DNA from: Fidelibacterota bacterium
Lineage (GTDB): Bacteria > Fidelibacterota > Marinisomatia > Marinisomatales > Marinisomataceae
Direction of reading: 5' to 3'
Assembly: GCA_002701645.1 (NCBI GenBank)
Contig: NZWP01000013.1
Span: 778 to 64,777, forward strand
DNA: 64,000 nucleotides
The notes below the pieces were generated by a model. It was not told where the DNA came from. It worked only from the letters and a program-made list of their open reading frames with translations, and ran no database searches. Positions 1 to 9,898 of this stretch are shown here, piece after piece. The stretch's first letter is position 1, and every line of letters begins with the position of its first letter. The position numbers and the translations under genes are program-made.

Positions 1-174
1 GTTTAGATTTTTAATATGTTCAATAGGAGTTAACCCTTGTTTGATCATTTTTTCGCCCCCAATCCCATAAAACTCATAAGTTTCGTTAGATTGTTTTAAA
101 GCTTTTATAAGCTGAGAACCGTGCAAATCTCCGGAATCTTCTCCAGCAATAAGTACTATTTTTTTATGAGCCAT
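1..174 (-). CDS. lpxB: Lipid-A-disaccharide synthase LpxB, N-terminal 58 codons only (gene continues past window start)
   Basis: Reverse translation of 174..1 gives MAHKKIVLIAGEDSGDLHGSQLIKALKQSNETYEFYGIGGEKMIKQGLTPIEHIKNLN. This matches the LpxB N-terminal signature (AGE-SGD ... GIGG-x-M). The frame is open to the window edge, so it is absent from the ORF track. Its ATG at 174..172 overlaps the upstream gene by 11 nt. Confidence 0.8.
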   Translation of the reverse strand, partial: MAHKKIVLIAGEDSGDLHGSQLIKALKQSNETYEFYGIGGEKMIKQGLTPIEHIKNLN

Positions 175-1150
175 TTTTAATAATTTTTTTTTCAATTTCT
201 AGAGCAATCTCTAAAGCCTGTAACCCTTGTTTTCCATCGACAATAGGGGTCTGTCGACTGTTTATAGAATCAATAAAATTATTTATTTCTTCTAAAAGTG
301 CATCTTGTTTTTCTGGTGTTAGTTTATCATAAAATAAATTTTTAGATCCTGTAGCAGTATCAACAACTTTCTCTATACAGTTGTCAGAAAATGCAGAAGT
401 CTTTTCAAGGCCATAGATTTCAATTTGTGGTATCATTAAATCTGTAATAGTATAAAGATTTTTTTCATATGTGCGGATTTTTCTAACATAGTTTTGAGCA
501 ATTCTGCTAGATTTTAAATTTGCGACGACGCCATTTTCAAACTCAATATGTGCGTGCGCAAGATCCACCGTATCGCTCATCATTGTAGCCCCGCTAGCAT
601 GAATATTTATAATAGTTGAATCTATCATTGATAAAATTAGATCAATATCATGTACCATTAAATCTAACACCACCGGTACTTCGGCACCCCTTGCTTGAAA
701 AGGGGCCAATCTTTCTATTTCAATATAGTGTGGCGCTGAAACAATATGTTTAAGCTTATTAATGGTAGGATTAAATCTTTCAATATGACCCACTTGCACA
801 ATACATTTTTTAGACGCCGCCATTTGAATGATTTCATTGGCCTCTTGTGTAGTGCTCGTTATAGGTTTCTCAATAAAAATGTCTTTATTTTGTTGTAGAC
901 ATTTCAGGGCAATTTGATAATGAAAGTTCGTGGGAGTAACAATGTGTAATCCATCTGATTTAGATATTAATTCATCAATATTTTCGAACGCTTTTACCGC
1001 AAATTCTGTTGCTACTTTTTCAGCATTGTCTTGGTCCACATCAAAAAACCCAACAAAATCAATGTTGGCATGCTTAGATAAATGATTAATATGAAATTTA
1101 CCTAAATGTCCTGCACCTATAACACCAATCTTAATTTTTGTTTGCATCAT
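164..1150 (-). CDS. Gfo/Idh/MocA-family NAD(P)-dependent oxidoreductase; candidate UDP-GlcNAc 3-dehydrogenase (GnnA-like)
   Basis: 328 aa with Rossmann 'KIGVIGAGHLGKFH', 'IFIEKPI' and 'VGHIERFNP' motifs of the Gfo/Idh/MocA family. It overlaps ychF upstream (4 nt) and lpxB downstream (11 nt). The family call is solid; the GnnA role is inferred from context. Confidence 0.8.
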   Translation of the reverse strand: MMQTKIKIGVIGAGHLGKFHINHLSKHANIDFVGFFDVDQDNAEKVATEFAVKAFENIDELISKSDGLHIVTPTNFHYQIALKCLQQNKDIFIEKPITSTTQEANEIIQMAASKKCIVQVGHIERFNPTINKLKHIVSAPHYIEIERLAPFQARGAEVPVVLDLMVHDIDLILSMIDSTIINIHASGATMMSDTVDLAHAHIEFENGVVANLKSSRIAQNYVRKIRTYEKNLYTITDLMIPQIEIYGLEKTSAFSDNCIEKVVDTATGSKNLFYDKLTPEKQDALLEEINNFIDSINSRQTPIVDGKQGLQALEIALEIEKKIIKNGS

Positions 1151-2238
1151 TGTCCTTTAATAAAGTACGCAACATCGCCTTCTTGCATAATATAATCTCT
1201 ACCAACATTTTTCACCAAGCCCAATGTTTTTAATTCTTTAATATTATCTTGATGTTTTATGGCATCATCAAAACTATATATTTCTGCTTTAATAAATTTT
1301 GTTGCAAAATCTGTATGAATTTCTGCAGCAGCATCTACCGCACAATCATTTTTCTTAATTGTCCAACCACGAACCTCCATTTCGCCGCATGTGAAAAATG
1401 TTTGAAGCCCAAGAGTGTTATATGCCTCTTTTATCAGAGCGCTCAGCCCAGTCTCTTTTAAGTTATAATCTTCTAAAATTATTTTTTTCTCTTCTTCGTC
1501 AAAATCTGCCATTTCTGCTTCTAACTTCCCGTTAATGGCGACAAAAGATGAATGATTATTTACCGCAACCTCTTTAGTCTTTGACAATTGATCGGTATCG
1601 GAAAAATGATCATCTATATTTGCCACATAGATCATTGGCTTATCGGTTAAGAGAAATAAATTTTTAATTACCTCGTCTTCTTTTGATTCTCTTTTAAATG
1701 ATCTCGCAGCTAATCCTTCATTTAAATGAGATAAAAGACCCGTTAGAGCTGCTTCTGCTATTTTACCTTCCGGCTTATTAGCATTAAGAAGTTTTTGATT
1801 TTTTTCTAAAGACCTTTCTACGGTTTTCATATCAGCCAACACCAACTCAGTATTAATAATTTCTATATCATCTAATGGATCCAGGCGATTTTCAACATGT
1901 GTAATATTTTTGTCAGAAAAAAACCGAACAACCTGCACTACAACTTTTACAGATCGGATTTGTGACAAAAATTGATTGCCAAGACCTTCTCCTTGATGCG
2001 CATTTTTTACTAAGCCTGCAATATCAATAAACTCTATTGTATTATAGATAGTTTTTTCTGGTTTAAAAATTTTTGATAGTGCGCCAAGCCTTGCATCTGG
2101 AACTTCTACCACTCCAGTATTGGGTTCTATAGTACAGAAAGGATAGTTTTCTGCAGCAATATTATTTTTGCTCAGAGCATTAAACAGGGTTGATTTCCCT
2201 ACGTTTGGTAATCCTACAAATCCACAATTTAACTTCAT
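1147..2238 (-). CDS. ychF: Ribosome-binding ATPase YchF (Obg-like GTPase family)
   Basis: 363 aa. P-loop 'GFVGLPNVGKSTLFNALS', 'IEFIDIAGLV', and a C-terminal TGS-like end 'RDYIMQEGDVAYF'. Confidence 0.9.
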   Translation of the reverse strand: MKLNCGFVGLPNVGKSTLFNALSKNNIAAENYPFCTIEPNTGVVEVPDARLGALSKIFKPEKTIYNTIEFIDIAGLVKNAHQGEGLGNQFLSQIRSVKVVVQVVRFFSDKNITHVENRLDPLDDIEIINTELVLADMKTVERSLEKNQKLLNANKPEGKIAEAALTGLLSHLNEGLAARSFKRESKEDEVIKNLFLLTDKPMIYVANIDDHFSDTDQLSKTKEVAVNNHSSFVAINGKLEAEMADFDEEEKKIILEDYNLKETGLSALIKEAYNTLGLQTFFTCGEMEVRGWTIKKNDCAVDAAAEIHTDFATKFIKAEIYSFDDAIKHQDNIKELKTLGLVKNVGRDYIMQEGDVAYFIKGQ

Positions 2239-2288
2239 TGTGAGAATATAATACTTAATTGGATGAGTATTTATTAAATTGAATTTCT

Positions 2289-3068
2289 ATGAGTAAACAA
2301 TGGGCAATCATTTTAGGATGTTCTACGGGACACGGCGCTGCAACCGCTTTAGCACTAGCAAAAGAGGGGTACGGGATTATTGGATTTCATTTAGATCGAG
2401 GTCCCATAAAAAAAGAAGCAGAATCTCTTAAAGAAGAAATTCAAAAAATTAATGGGGGGCATGCACATTTCTGGAACGAAAATGCGGCAGATAAAGAAGT
2501 AATGTCGAAACATATAGAAGAAATTGTTTCAATTACAAAAAAACAACCCATTAAATTATTAATGCATTCCATTGCTTTTGGGAGCACTACAAATTTTTTT
2601 GAACCTATCCCAGTAAGACAACGACAAATGGATATGACCCAACATGTAATGGCACATTGCCTTATCTATTGGACTCAATTATTGCTCGAACATAGTCTTT
2701 TATCTAAAGGATCGAGAATTCTTGGCTTAACCAGCGAAGGTAGTTATAAAGCGATAGAGGGGTATGGCCCGGTAGGAGTAGCAAAAGCCTCTTTGGAGGC
2801 TGTTATTAGGCAAATAGGCTGGGAGCTTGGATCTAAAGGTATTACTGCAAATACTATACAGGCGGGTATTACCCCAACAAGGGCGTTAACAAAAATTTCC
2901 GATAATTGGAAAGAATGGGTAGAGAAAACAGTTGAAAGAAATCCTATGGGAAGAACTACCACCCCAGAAGATGTGGCAGGGTTAGTCAGTTTATTATTAT
3001 CCGATAAAGCAGATTTTATTAATTGTTCTACTATTTTTTGTGACGGCGGCGAACATCGCTCTTTATAA
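2289..3068 (+). CDS. Short-chain dehydrogenase/reductase, enoyl-ACP reductase-like (FabI/FabL-like)
   Basis: 259 aa. 'GYGPVGVAKASLEAVIRQ' resembles the Y-x6-K 'AKASLEA' segment of FabI; C-terminal 'IFCDGGE'. Substrate assignment is uncertain. Confidence 0.55.
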   Translation: MSKQWAIILGCSTGHGAATALALAKEGYGIIGFHLDRGPIKKEAESLKEEIQKINGGHAHFWNENAADKEVMSKHIEEIVSITKKQPIKLLMHSIAFGSTTNFFEPIPVRQRQMDMTQHVMAHCLIYWTQLLLEHSLLSKGSRILGLTSEGSYKAIEGYGPVGVAKASLEAVIRQIGWELGSKGITANTIQAGITPTRALTKISDNWKEWVEKTVERNPMGRTTTPEDVAGLVSLLLSDKADFINCSTIFCDGGEHRSL

Positions 3069-3182
3069 GGCTTAATCCCTGCTTTATTAATCCCCAACCA
3101 TTTACAATAAGCTGCATACCATTTGTTCCCTTAGTCACCTTGCGTTTTTTCACATCTTGCATCACTCTTTTTAAACCTGATA

Positions 3183-3734
3183 TCAAGATATACCACCTAT
3201 ACCTGTTATATTCAGTTGGTCTAAACCAAAATCTTTAATTAAGCTCCCCCAAATTAATTTTGGACCCATGTTAAAAATTTGTTCTGTGTTATTATAAACC
3301 AACCAATCACCTCTTTTTATTTCGTCTTGTAACTGGTCTGTATCCCATGCTGCATGCCCAAAAATTAATTTTGTATTTTTTGGGTCTGTATCGTCGAATA
3401 AAATCTTTTGTATTAAATCAAGATCATTAGAAAGCTTAATTTTCTCTGATATATCAAATAAAATGTTTGAATTTTCTTTTTCGCTTAATACGCAAGCTTC
3501 ATGTAGCATAACAGGCCCCCCAAAATAAATTTTTTCGGACTCAGAAATAAGATCTTTAAAAAATTTATTTTTTAATCCAGCGCCTACAACTTTCATTTGA
3601 CTGATAGGTTTGTTAATAATTAAACCCAACACCCCTTCATCGCTATCTTCACATATAAGAATAACGCTTTCTGCAAAGTATGGATCTGCCATATTTGGCA
3701 TTGCGACCAATAGTTTATTTTTTAAGCTATTCAT
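3183..3734 (-). CDS. YqgE/AlgH family protein (UPF0301/DUF179)
   Basis: Internal Met of the 3183..3959 ORF gives 'MNSLKNKLLVAMPNMADPYFAESVILICEDSDEGVLGLIINKP', the typical YqgE/AlgH N-terminus. The upstream 75 codons overlap uvrA and look non-coding. Confidence 0.75.
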   Translation of the reverse strand: MNSLKNKLLVAMPNMADPYFAESVILICEDSDEGVLGLIINKPISQMKVVGAGLKNKFFKDLISESEKIYFGGPVMLHEACVLSEKENSNILFDISEKIKLSNDLDLIQKILFDDTDPKNTKLIFGHAAWDTDQLQDEIKRGDWLVYNNTEQIFNMGPKLIWGSLIKDFGLDQLNITGIGGIS

Positions 3735-3825
3735 TTTATTTATACATAAACCTAAATCTTTTTTTGAATCATTTCTATAGTTAAGTAAGTTATATGTTAA
3801 GTTTTTTTTGAAAGAAAATGAAAAA

Positions 3826-6639
3826 ATGAAAAATAAATTATTAATCAGAGGGGCGAGACAACACAATCTTAAAAATATCGACGTTGATATAGAAAAAAAT
3901 AAGCTAGTTGTTATTACCGGCCCATCTGGTTCAGGCAAGTCTTCGCTGGCGTTTGACACAATATACGCAGAAGGTCAAAGACGATATGTTGAATCGCTTT
4001 CAGCTTATGCACGACAATTTTTAGATTTAATGGAAAAACCAGACGTTGATACAATTGAGGGTTTGTCTCCAGCTATATCGATTGAACAAAAAACTGGTTC
4101 GCGCAATCCAAGGTCTACCGTTGGAACAATTACAGAAATACATGATTATTTAAGGTTGCTATATGCTAGCATTGGTAAGCCACATTGCTGGGAATGTAAT
4201 CGAGCAATTAATAGACAAACACCAGAACAAATAGTAGATCAAATTTTAAAATTACATCTTGATGATAAAGCATATATTTTATCTCCTGTTGTCCAAGGAC
4301 GTAAGGGCGAGCATAAGAATATTATCGACGACATTAAAAAGAAGGGTTTTTTAAGAGCAAGAATCGATAAAAAAATTATTTCTTTGAGAAAGCCTGATTC
4401 TTTAGAAAAAAATAAAAACCACGACATAGACGTTTTAATTGATAGAGTAGTTATCAATAAAGATGTAAAATCACGTTTATTGGAGTCTGTAGAATTGGCA
4501 CTAAAGATGGGTGGGGGTATTTGCATTATAAGTATTAATGGCAAGAAAGACTTTATGTTTAGCGAGCATTTTGCTTGTGCATACCACCCTTATATAATGT
4601 TGTCCGATTTAAAGCCTAGAATGTTTTCATTTAACTCACCATATGGGGCATGTCAACAATGTGATGGTCTCGGTTATATTACAGAAATTGATCCGACCCT
4701 AGTTATACCAGATAATAAAAAATCACTTCTTCAAGAAGCAATTCGTCCCATAGGAAGTCAGCCAAAAGGTTTCCATGGTAATAAATTAAGAGCTTTAGCT
4801 AGAGAGCACCCACTTTCTTTTTCTAAGCCATGGAATCGGTTAAGCAAAGAAGTCAGAACTATTATTTTATACGGGCTAAAAGGACATAACCTAGATATCA
4901 ATTTTAAAAATAAAAAATGGTCTGGCACCTATACCGGTGAATGGGAGGGCGTAATCCCAGAACTACAAAGGCGTTATAAACAAACTCAATCTTATGGTAT
5001 ACGTCGTTGGATTGAAAGTTTTATGAGCACAAGAAAATGTGATGCTTGCGTAGGTAAAAGATTAAAAAAATCTTCGATGCACGTTAAAATAGATACCAAA
5101 AATATTGGGGACCTCTGTTCTAAAAATATAGAAGATGCGTTACAATTTTTTGAAAATTTTCAAATATCTAAAAGCGACCATGAGATTGCAGACGGCATTT
5201 TAAAAGAAGTAAAAAAGCGATTAAATTTTTTAATTAATGTTGGTCTTAGCTATTTAACATTAGATAGAGCCTCACGCACTTTATCTGGTGGAGAAGCTCA
5301 AAGAATTAGGCTTGCTTCTCAAGTAGGCTCTCAACTTACTGGCGTATTATATGTATTAGACGAACCATCAATAGGTCTTCATCCTAGAGATAACAATCGA
5401 TTAATTCAGACATTGCAATCATTAAAAGATATTGGGAATACGGTCATTGTAGTAGAGCATGATTTAAACACCATTGAATCTGCAGATCAAATTATTGATA
5501 TGGGCCCTAAGGCTGGAGCTAATGGCGGAGAAGTTGTTTTTTCGGGTACATTAAAACAAATTTTATCTAATAAAAAAACACTCACAGGGGAGTATTTATC
5601 TGGTAAAAAATATATTCCCTTGCCTGACTATAGAACAGTAACATTTGATCATTTTACGATTCAAGGAGCTCAAGGGAATAACTTAAAAAATATTGATGTG
5701 AGTTTTCCGTATGATAGGCTTATAGCGGTGACAGGGGTGTCTGGAAGCGGCAAAAGCTCTCTTATTAATCAAACGCTTTATCCAGCTTTATCTAACCTGG
5801 TGAACTTAGGAGTAAAAGATATGTTACCTTTTACAAATTTATTGAGAGCTGACAGAGTAGAAAGGGTGATTAACGTAGATCAGAAACCCATCGGAAAAAC
5901 TCCACGATCAAACCCAGCAACTTATACAGGAATTTTTACTCATATAAGAGACTTATTTGCACAAATAAGAGAGGCAAAATTGAGAGGGTATAAGTTAGGT
6001 AGATTTTCATTTAATGTTAAAGGCGGAAGATGTGAAAAGTGCCAAGGAGCAGGGATTATTAAAATTGAAATGAATTTTTTACCAGACGTGTATGTTAATT
6101 GTGAAGACTGTAATGGTAAGAGATATAATATCGAAACATTACAGATTGAATATAAAGGCTTAAATATAGCTGACGTATTAGCACTTTCCGTAGATGAAGC
6201 TCGAATTTTCTTTAAAAACATATTTTCTATTAAAAAACGCCTTGATACGTTGCATGATGTGGGATTAGGATATATTAAGCTCGGCCAACAAGCAACAACT
6301 TTATCTGGAGGAGAAGCACAGCGTATCAAATTGTCTACAGAGCTTTCAAAAAATAATACAAAAAATACGGTTTATTTTTTAGATGAACCAACTACGGGGT
6401 TGCACGTAGATGATATTCAAATGCTAATGTCTGTATTGCAAAAACTAGTTAATGAAGGCAATACAGTAATAGTTATTGAACATAACTTAGATGTTGTTAA
6501 GTGTGCAGACTGGATTATTGATCTAGGCCCAGAGGGCGGAGAAGGCGGCGGTGAGTTAGTAGCTGAAGGTACGGTACTAGAAATTGCAAAAAATAAAAAA
6601 TCCACCACAGGACAATTTTTAAAAAAAGTATTAAAATAA
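3826..6639 (+). CDS. uvrA: Excinuclease ABC subunit A
   Basis: 'LIRGARQHNLKNIDV', 'GPSGSGKSSLAFDTIYAEGQRRYVESLSAYARQF', two ABC modules ('LSGGEAQRIRLA', 'LSGGEAQRIKLS') and the C-terminal zinc module 'CEKCQGAG...CEDCNGKRY'. The ATG at 3826 is preferred over the TTG at 3808. Confidence 0.95.
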   Translation: MKNKLLIRGARQHNLKNIDVDIEKNKLVVITGPSGSGKSSLAFDTIYAEGQRRYVESLSAYARQFLDLMEKPDVDTIEGLSPAISIEQKTGSRNPRSTVGTITEIHDYLRLLYASIGKPHCWECNRAINRQTPEQIVDQILKLHLDDKAYILSPVVQGRKGEHKNIIDDIKKKGFLRARIDKKIISLRKPDSLEKNKNHDIDVLIDRVVINKDVKSRLLESVELALKMGGGICIISINGKKDFMFSEHFACAYHPYIMLSDLKPRMFSFNSPYGACQQCDGLGYITEIDPTLVIPDNKKSLLQEAIRPIGSQPKGFHGNKLRALAREHPLSFSKPWNRLSKEVRTIILYGLKGHNLDINFKNKKWSGTYTGEWEGVIPELQRRYKQTQSYGIRRWIESFMSTRKCDACVGKRLKKSSMHVKIDTKNIGDLCSKNIEDALQFFENFQISKSDHEIADGILKEVKKRLNFLINVGLSYLTLDRASRTLSGGEAQRIRLASQVGSQLTGVLYVLDEPSIGLHPRDNNRLIQTLQSLKDIGNTVIVVEHDLNTIESADQIIDMGPKAGANGGEVVFSGTLKQILSNKKTLTGEYLSGKKYIPLPDYRTVTFDHFTIQGAQGNNLKNIDVSFPYDRLIAVTGVSGSGKSSLINQTLYPALSNLVNLGVKDMLPFTNLLRADRVERVINVDQKPIGKTPRSNPATYTGIFTHIRDLFAQIREAKLRGYKLGRFSFNVKGGRCEKCQGAGIIKIEMNFLPDVYVNCEDCNGKRYNIETLQIEYKGLNIADVLALSVDEARIFFKNIFSIKKRLDTLHDVGLGYIKLGQQATTLSGGEAQRIKLSTELSKNNTKNTVYFLDEPTTGLHVDDIQMLMSVLQKLVNEGNTVIVIEHNLDVVKCADWIIDLGPEGGEGGGELVAEGTVLEIAKNKKSTTGQFLKKVLK

Positions 6640-6680
6640 ATTTTTGGATAACCATGTTTCTCTAATTATCTTAGTGTATA

Positions 6681-7679
6681 GTGAATAGTGAAGAAAAAAT
6701 AGTTATTTCGTCGAACGAAGAACGAAATTTTGACAAACAGATTAGACCAAACGTATTTGATGAATTTGTGGGGCAAGAAGCCCTAGTACATTCTTTAAAA
6801 ACTTACATATTAGCAGCAAAAGAACGAGAAGAAGCTTTAGATCATATTTTATTATATGGCCCCCCAGGTTTAGGAAAAACTACCTTGTCTAATATTATTG
6901 CAACAGAATTAGGGCAAGGGTTTTATGGGTCTTCGGGCCCCGTAATTTCAATCCCAGGAGATTTATCTGGCCTGTTAACAAACCTACAAAGTTGCGACGT
7001 CTTATTTATCGATGAAATTCATAGAATGAATACATCAGTTGAAGAGTATTTATATTCTGCTATGGAAGATTATAAAATTGATATTTTAATTGATTCAGGC
7101 CCCAATGCTAGGACAGTAAGAATAGATTTGGAGCCATTTACTTTGGTTGGTGCAACGACAAGACTGGGAAACATTTCTACGCCCATGAGAGATAGATTTG
7201 GAGCTATTTTTCGCGTTGATTTTTATAACACAGATGACTTGTTTACAATTTTAGAACGAACAGCGGGAATCTTAGGTGTTAAGGTAGACGAAGATGCGCT
7301 GTATGAAATTGCTCTCAGGTCACGCGGAACACCAAGAATTGCCAATAGAGTATTAAAGAGAGTACGAGACTTTGCACAAGTTAAAAAAATTAAAACGATT
7401 GATATAGACACTGCCAAGAATTCATTGGAGAGTATAGGTATTGATAAAAATGGCCTTGAAGAAATGGATAGAAAAATATTAAAAAATCTCATTCTGAATT
7501 TTAACGGAGGTCCTACGGGAGGAAAATCTTTAGCGATATCTGTGAATGAAGACGTACAAACCGTTGAAGATGTATATGAACCTTACTTAATAAAAGAGGG
7601 TTTCATTGAAAGGACATCAAGAGGGCGCAAAGCAACAGATAAAGCATATAAGTTATTTGGTATTTCAAAACAAAAATAA
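6681..7679 (+). CDS. ruvB: Holliday junction branch-migration helicase RuvB
   Basis: 'LLYGPPGLGKTTLSNIIA', 'LFIDEIHR', 'GTPRIANRVLKRVRDFA'. GTG start. Confidence 0.95.
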   Translation: MNSEEKIVISSNEERNFDKQIRPNVFDEFVGQEALVHSLKTYILAAKEREEALDHILLYGPPGLGKTTLSNIIATELGQGFYGSSGPVISIPGDLSGLLTNLQSCDVLFIDEIHRMNTSVEEYLYSAMEDYKIDILIDSGPNARTVRIDLEPFTLVGATTRLGNISTPMRDRFGAIFRVDFYNTDDLFTILERTAGILGVKVDEDALYEIALRSRGTPRIANRVLKRVRDFAQVKKIKTIDIDTAKNSLESIGIDKNGLEEMDRKILKNLILNFNGGPTGGKSLAISVNEDVQTVEDVYEPYLIKEGFIERTSRGRKATDKAYKLFGISKQK

Positions 7680-7696
7680 ATAGGAGAATTAATTTA

Positions 7697-8749
7697 ATGA
7701 TCGAAAAAAAGAAAAAATATAAACTAACAGATTTCCGCTACCAACTTCCTAAAAAGTTTATTGCACAAAAACCAAAACTAAAAAGAGATAGTGCAAAAAT
7801 GATGGTTCTAAATCGAGAAGATCAATCTATTAAGCATAGTAAGTTTTCAAAAATTATAGATTATTTCCAAAAAAATGATCTATTAATTATGAACAATACT
7901 AAGGTATTCCCAGCAAAGTTATATGCTACCAAAGATAGGACCGATGCAAAGGTTGAAATTTTCTTGCTTAGAGAGTTGGGGGATAGGCTTTGGGAAGTAT
8001 TAGTCAAACCAGCAAGAAAGGTAAGAATTGGGAATAAGTTAATTTTATCTAAAGATTTATTTTGTGATGTGATTGATAACACAGTGTCGGGTGGTAGGGT
8101 AGTAAGATTTGAATTTGGCGATCAAAATTTTGATGATATTTTAAATAAAATTGGTCATCCACCTTTACCGCCATACATTACAAGACCTACTACTAAGCAA
8201 GACACCAAAAGATATCAAACGGTATATGCAGAAAAAAGAGGCGCAGTTGCAGCTCCGATTGCTGGGCTACATTTTACGCCCGAGCTAATAACAGCTCTTA
8301 AAAAGAAAGGAGTAAGAATTTATAATATTACACTTCATATAGGGCTTGGTACTTTTAAGCCCGTGCAAGTAGAAGATTTAAATAGACATCATATGGATTC
8401 TGAATACTTTGAAGTTAGCCCGGAAACTGCTTTAGCAATTAATGAAGCTAAAAGAAAAAGAAGAAGAATTTTTGCAGTAGGAACATCTACAGTTAGAGCT
8501 TTAGAGACTGTTAATGTTTCAGGTTTTCAAATTTCACCTAAAAAGGGTTGGACTAATAAGTTTATTCACCCACCGCATGAGTTTAAAATTGTAGATGGGT
8601 TAATTACTAGTTTTCATCAACCAGAAAGCACCCTATTAATGCTTACTTCTGCATTTGCAGGTTATAATTTTGTTAAAAAATCATACAGGGAAGCCAAAAA
8701 GAAAAATTATAGGTTTTTGAGTTATGGTGACGCGATGCTTATTGTGTAA
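7697..8749 (+). CDS. queA: S-adenosylmethionine:tRNA ribosyltransferase-isomerase
   Basis: 'GHPPLPPYI', 'YQTVYA...GAVAAPIAGLHFT', 'VGTSTVRALE', 'SYGDAMLI'. Confidence 0.9.
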   Translation: MIEKKKKYKLTDFRYQLPKKFIAQKPKLKRDSAKMMVLNREDQSIKHSKFSKIIDYFQKNDLLIMNNTKVFPAKLYATKDRTDAKVEIFLLRELGDRLWEVLVKPARKVRIGNKLILSKDLFCDVIDNTVSGGRVVRFEFGDQNFDDILNKIGHPPLPPYITRPTTKQDTKRYQTVYAEKRGAVAAPIAGLHFTPELITALKKKGVRIYNITLHIGLGTFKPVQVEDLNRHHMDSEYFEVSPETALAINEAKRKRRRIFAVGTSTVRALETVNVSGFQISPKKGWTNKFIHPPHEFKIVDGLITSFHQPESTLLMLTSAFAGYNFVKKSYREAKKKNYRFLSYGDAMLIV

Positions 8750-8755
8750 TATACG

Positions 8756-9898
8756 ATGAATATTGGAGTAATAGTTGCTGGTGGAACAGGAGAAAGATTC
8801 GGTGGTCATAAACAAATCACGGTTTTAAATAATAAACCAATATATCAATATAGTCTCGACGTTTTTAATGATTCTGATCTAATAGATAGTATCTATTTAG
8901 TTTTCCCAAAAGATTTATTAGTAGAAATTAAAAACGATTTATCTACATATAATTCTAGTAAACCTGTCATATTATGTCAGGGTGGAGAAACAAGATCGGA
9001 ATCTGTCTATAATGCTATCAAACAATTAGACAGTAATACAAAAATAGTTATTATACATGATGCAGTGCGGCCATTAATTAAAAATGAACATATTAAAGAT
9101 TTGGCTATAGCTTGTCAAAAAAATGATGGAGCCATATTAGCGCATCCAGTTTCTGATACACTAAAAAAAAGTAATGACAATATTGTAGATTTCACAATAG
9201 ATAGAAATAATCTTTGGTTGGCCGAAACCCCTCAAGCGTTTAATCTTAACCTCCTAAGCTCTTGTTATGATAATATAGAGACAAACGATCGAAAAGCGTT
9301 TACAGACGAGGCAAGTTTAATGGAGCACTTTGGACATAAAATCCAAGTGGTTCATAATAGATCTGAAAATATTAAAATTACCAAAAAAGAAGATTTAGAG
9401 CTTATTAAAGGTAGATTATATAATCAAAATAAGATGGGCATAGGAGTTGATTTTCATTCTCTTGTTCAAGGAAAATATTTAATTGTAGGTGGACATAAAA
9501 TTAATTGTGAATTTGCCTCAGATGCTCATTCAGATGGAGACGTTTTAACGCATGCAGTCACAGATGCTTTATTAGGAGCGCTAAATTTAGGAGATATAGG
9601 AGAACATTTTCCAAACACTCCCGAATATTTAAACATTTCTAGCATTGAGCTATTACAAAAAATTATCAAGAAAATACCAAAAGATACAAAAATAGCAATG
9701 GTTGACATTTCAATTGTTCTTAATGCCCCAAAAATTTCTCCCCATAAAAAGGCTATTAAAACATCTCTTTCAGAAGCGCTAGGGGTTAATGAAGATATTA
9801 TTTCAATCAAAGCAACCACTACAAATGGGTTAAGATTCTTAGATATGTCAAACGGCTGGGGATGTGAGGCAATTGTAACGCTCAGTCATGCAAATTAA
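8756..9898 (+). CDS. ispDF: Bifunctional IspD/IspF (MEP cytidylyltransferase / MEcPP synthase)
   Basis: N-terminal 'VIVAGGTGERFG' and 'IIHDAVRP' (IspD). C-terminal 'GIGVDFHSL' and 'AHSDGDVLTHAVTDALLGA' (IspF zinc and substrate motifs). Confidence 0.9.
   Translation: MNIGVIVAGGTGERFGGHKQITVLNNKPIYQYSLDVFNDSDLIDSIYLVFPKDLLVEIKNDLSTYNSSKPVILCQGGETRSESVYNAIKQLDSNTKIVIIHDAVRPLIKNEHIKDLAIACQKNDGAILAHPVSDTLKKSNDNIVDFTIDRNNLWLAETPQAFNLNLLSSCYDNIETNDRKAFTDEASLMEHFGHKIQVVHNRSENIKITKKEDLELIKGRLYNQNKMGIGVDFHSLVQGKYLIVGGHKINCEFASDAHSDGDVLTHAVTDALLGALNLGDIGEHFPNTPEYLNISSIELLQKIIKKIPKDTKIAMVDISIVLNAPKISPHKKAIKTSLSEALGVNEDIISIKATTTNGLRFLDMSNGWGCEAIVTLSHAN

Noticed and set aside
3031-3162. 44-codon minus-strand ORF (MQDVKKRKVTKGTNGMQLIVNGWGL...) in the SDR/yqgE convergent gap, plus TTAATCCC and ACCATTT direct repeats there
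   Set aside because: There is no SD and no recognisable family, and it overlaps the SDR 3' end. The repeats are short (7-8 nt) and expected by chance in AT-rich DNA. I could not fold a convincing terminator or RNA either.
3735-3959. N-terminal 75 codons of the 3183..3959 minus-strand ORF, which overlap the uvrA start
   Set aside because: The recognisable YqgE/AlgH sequence begins at the internal Met (3734). The upstream part is low-complexity, overlaps uvrA antisense and has no family signal, so it is most likely an ORF-caller extension.
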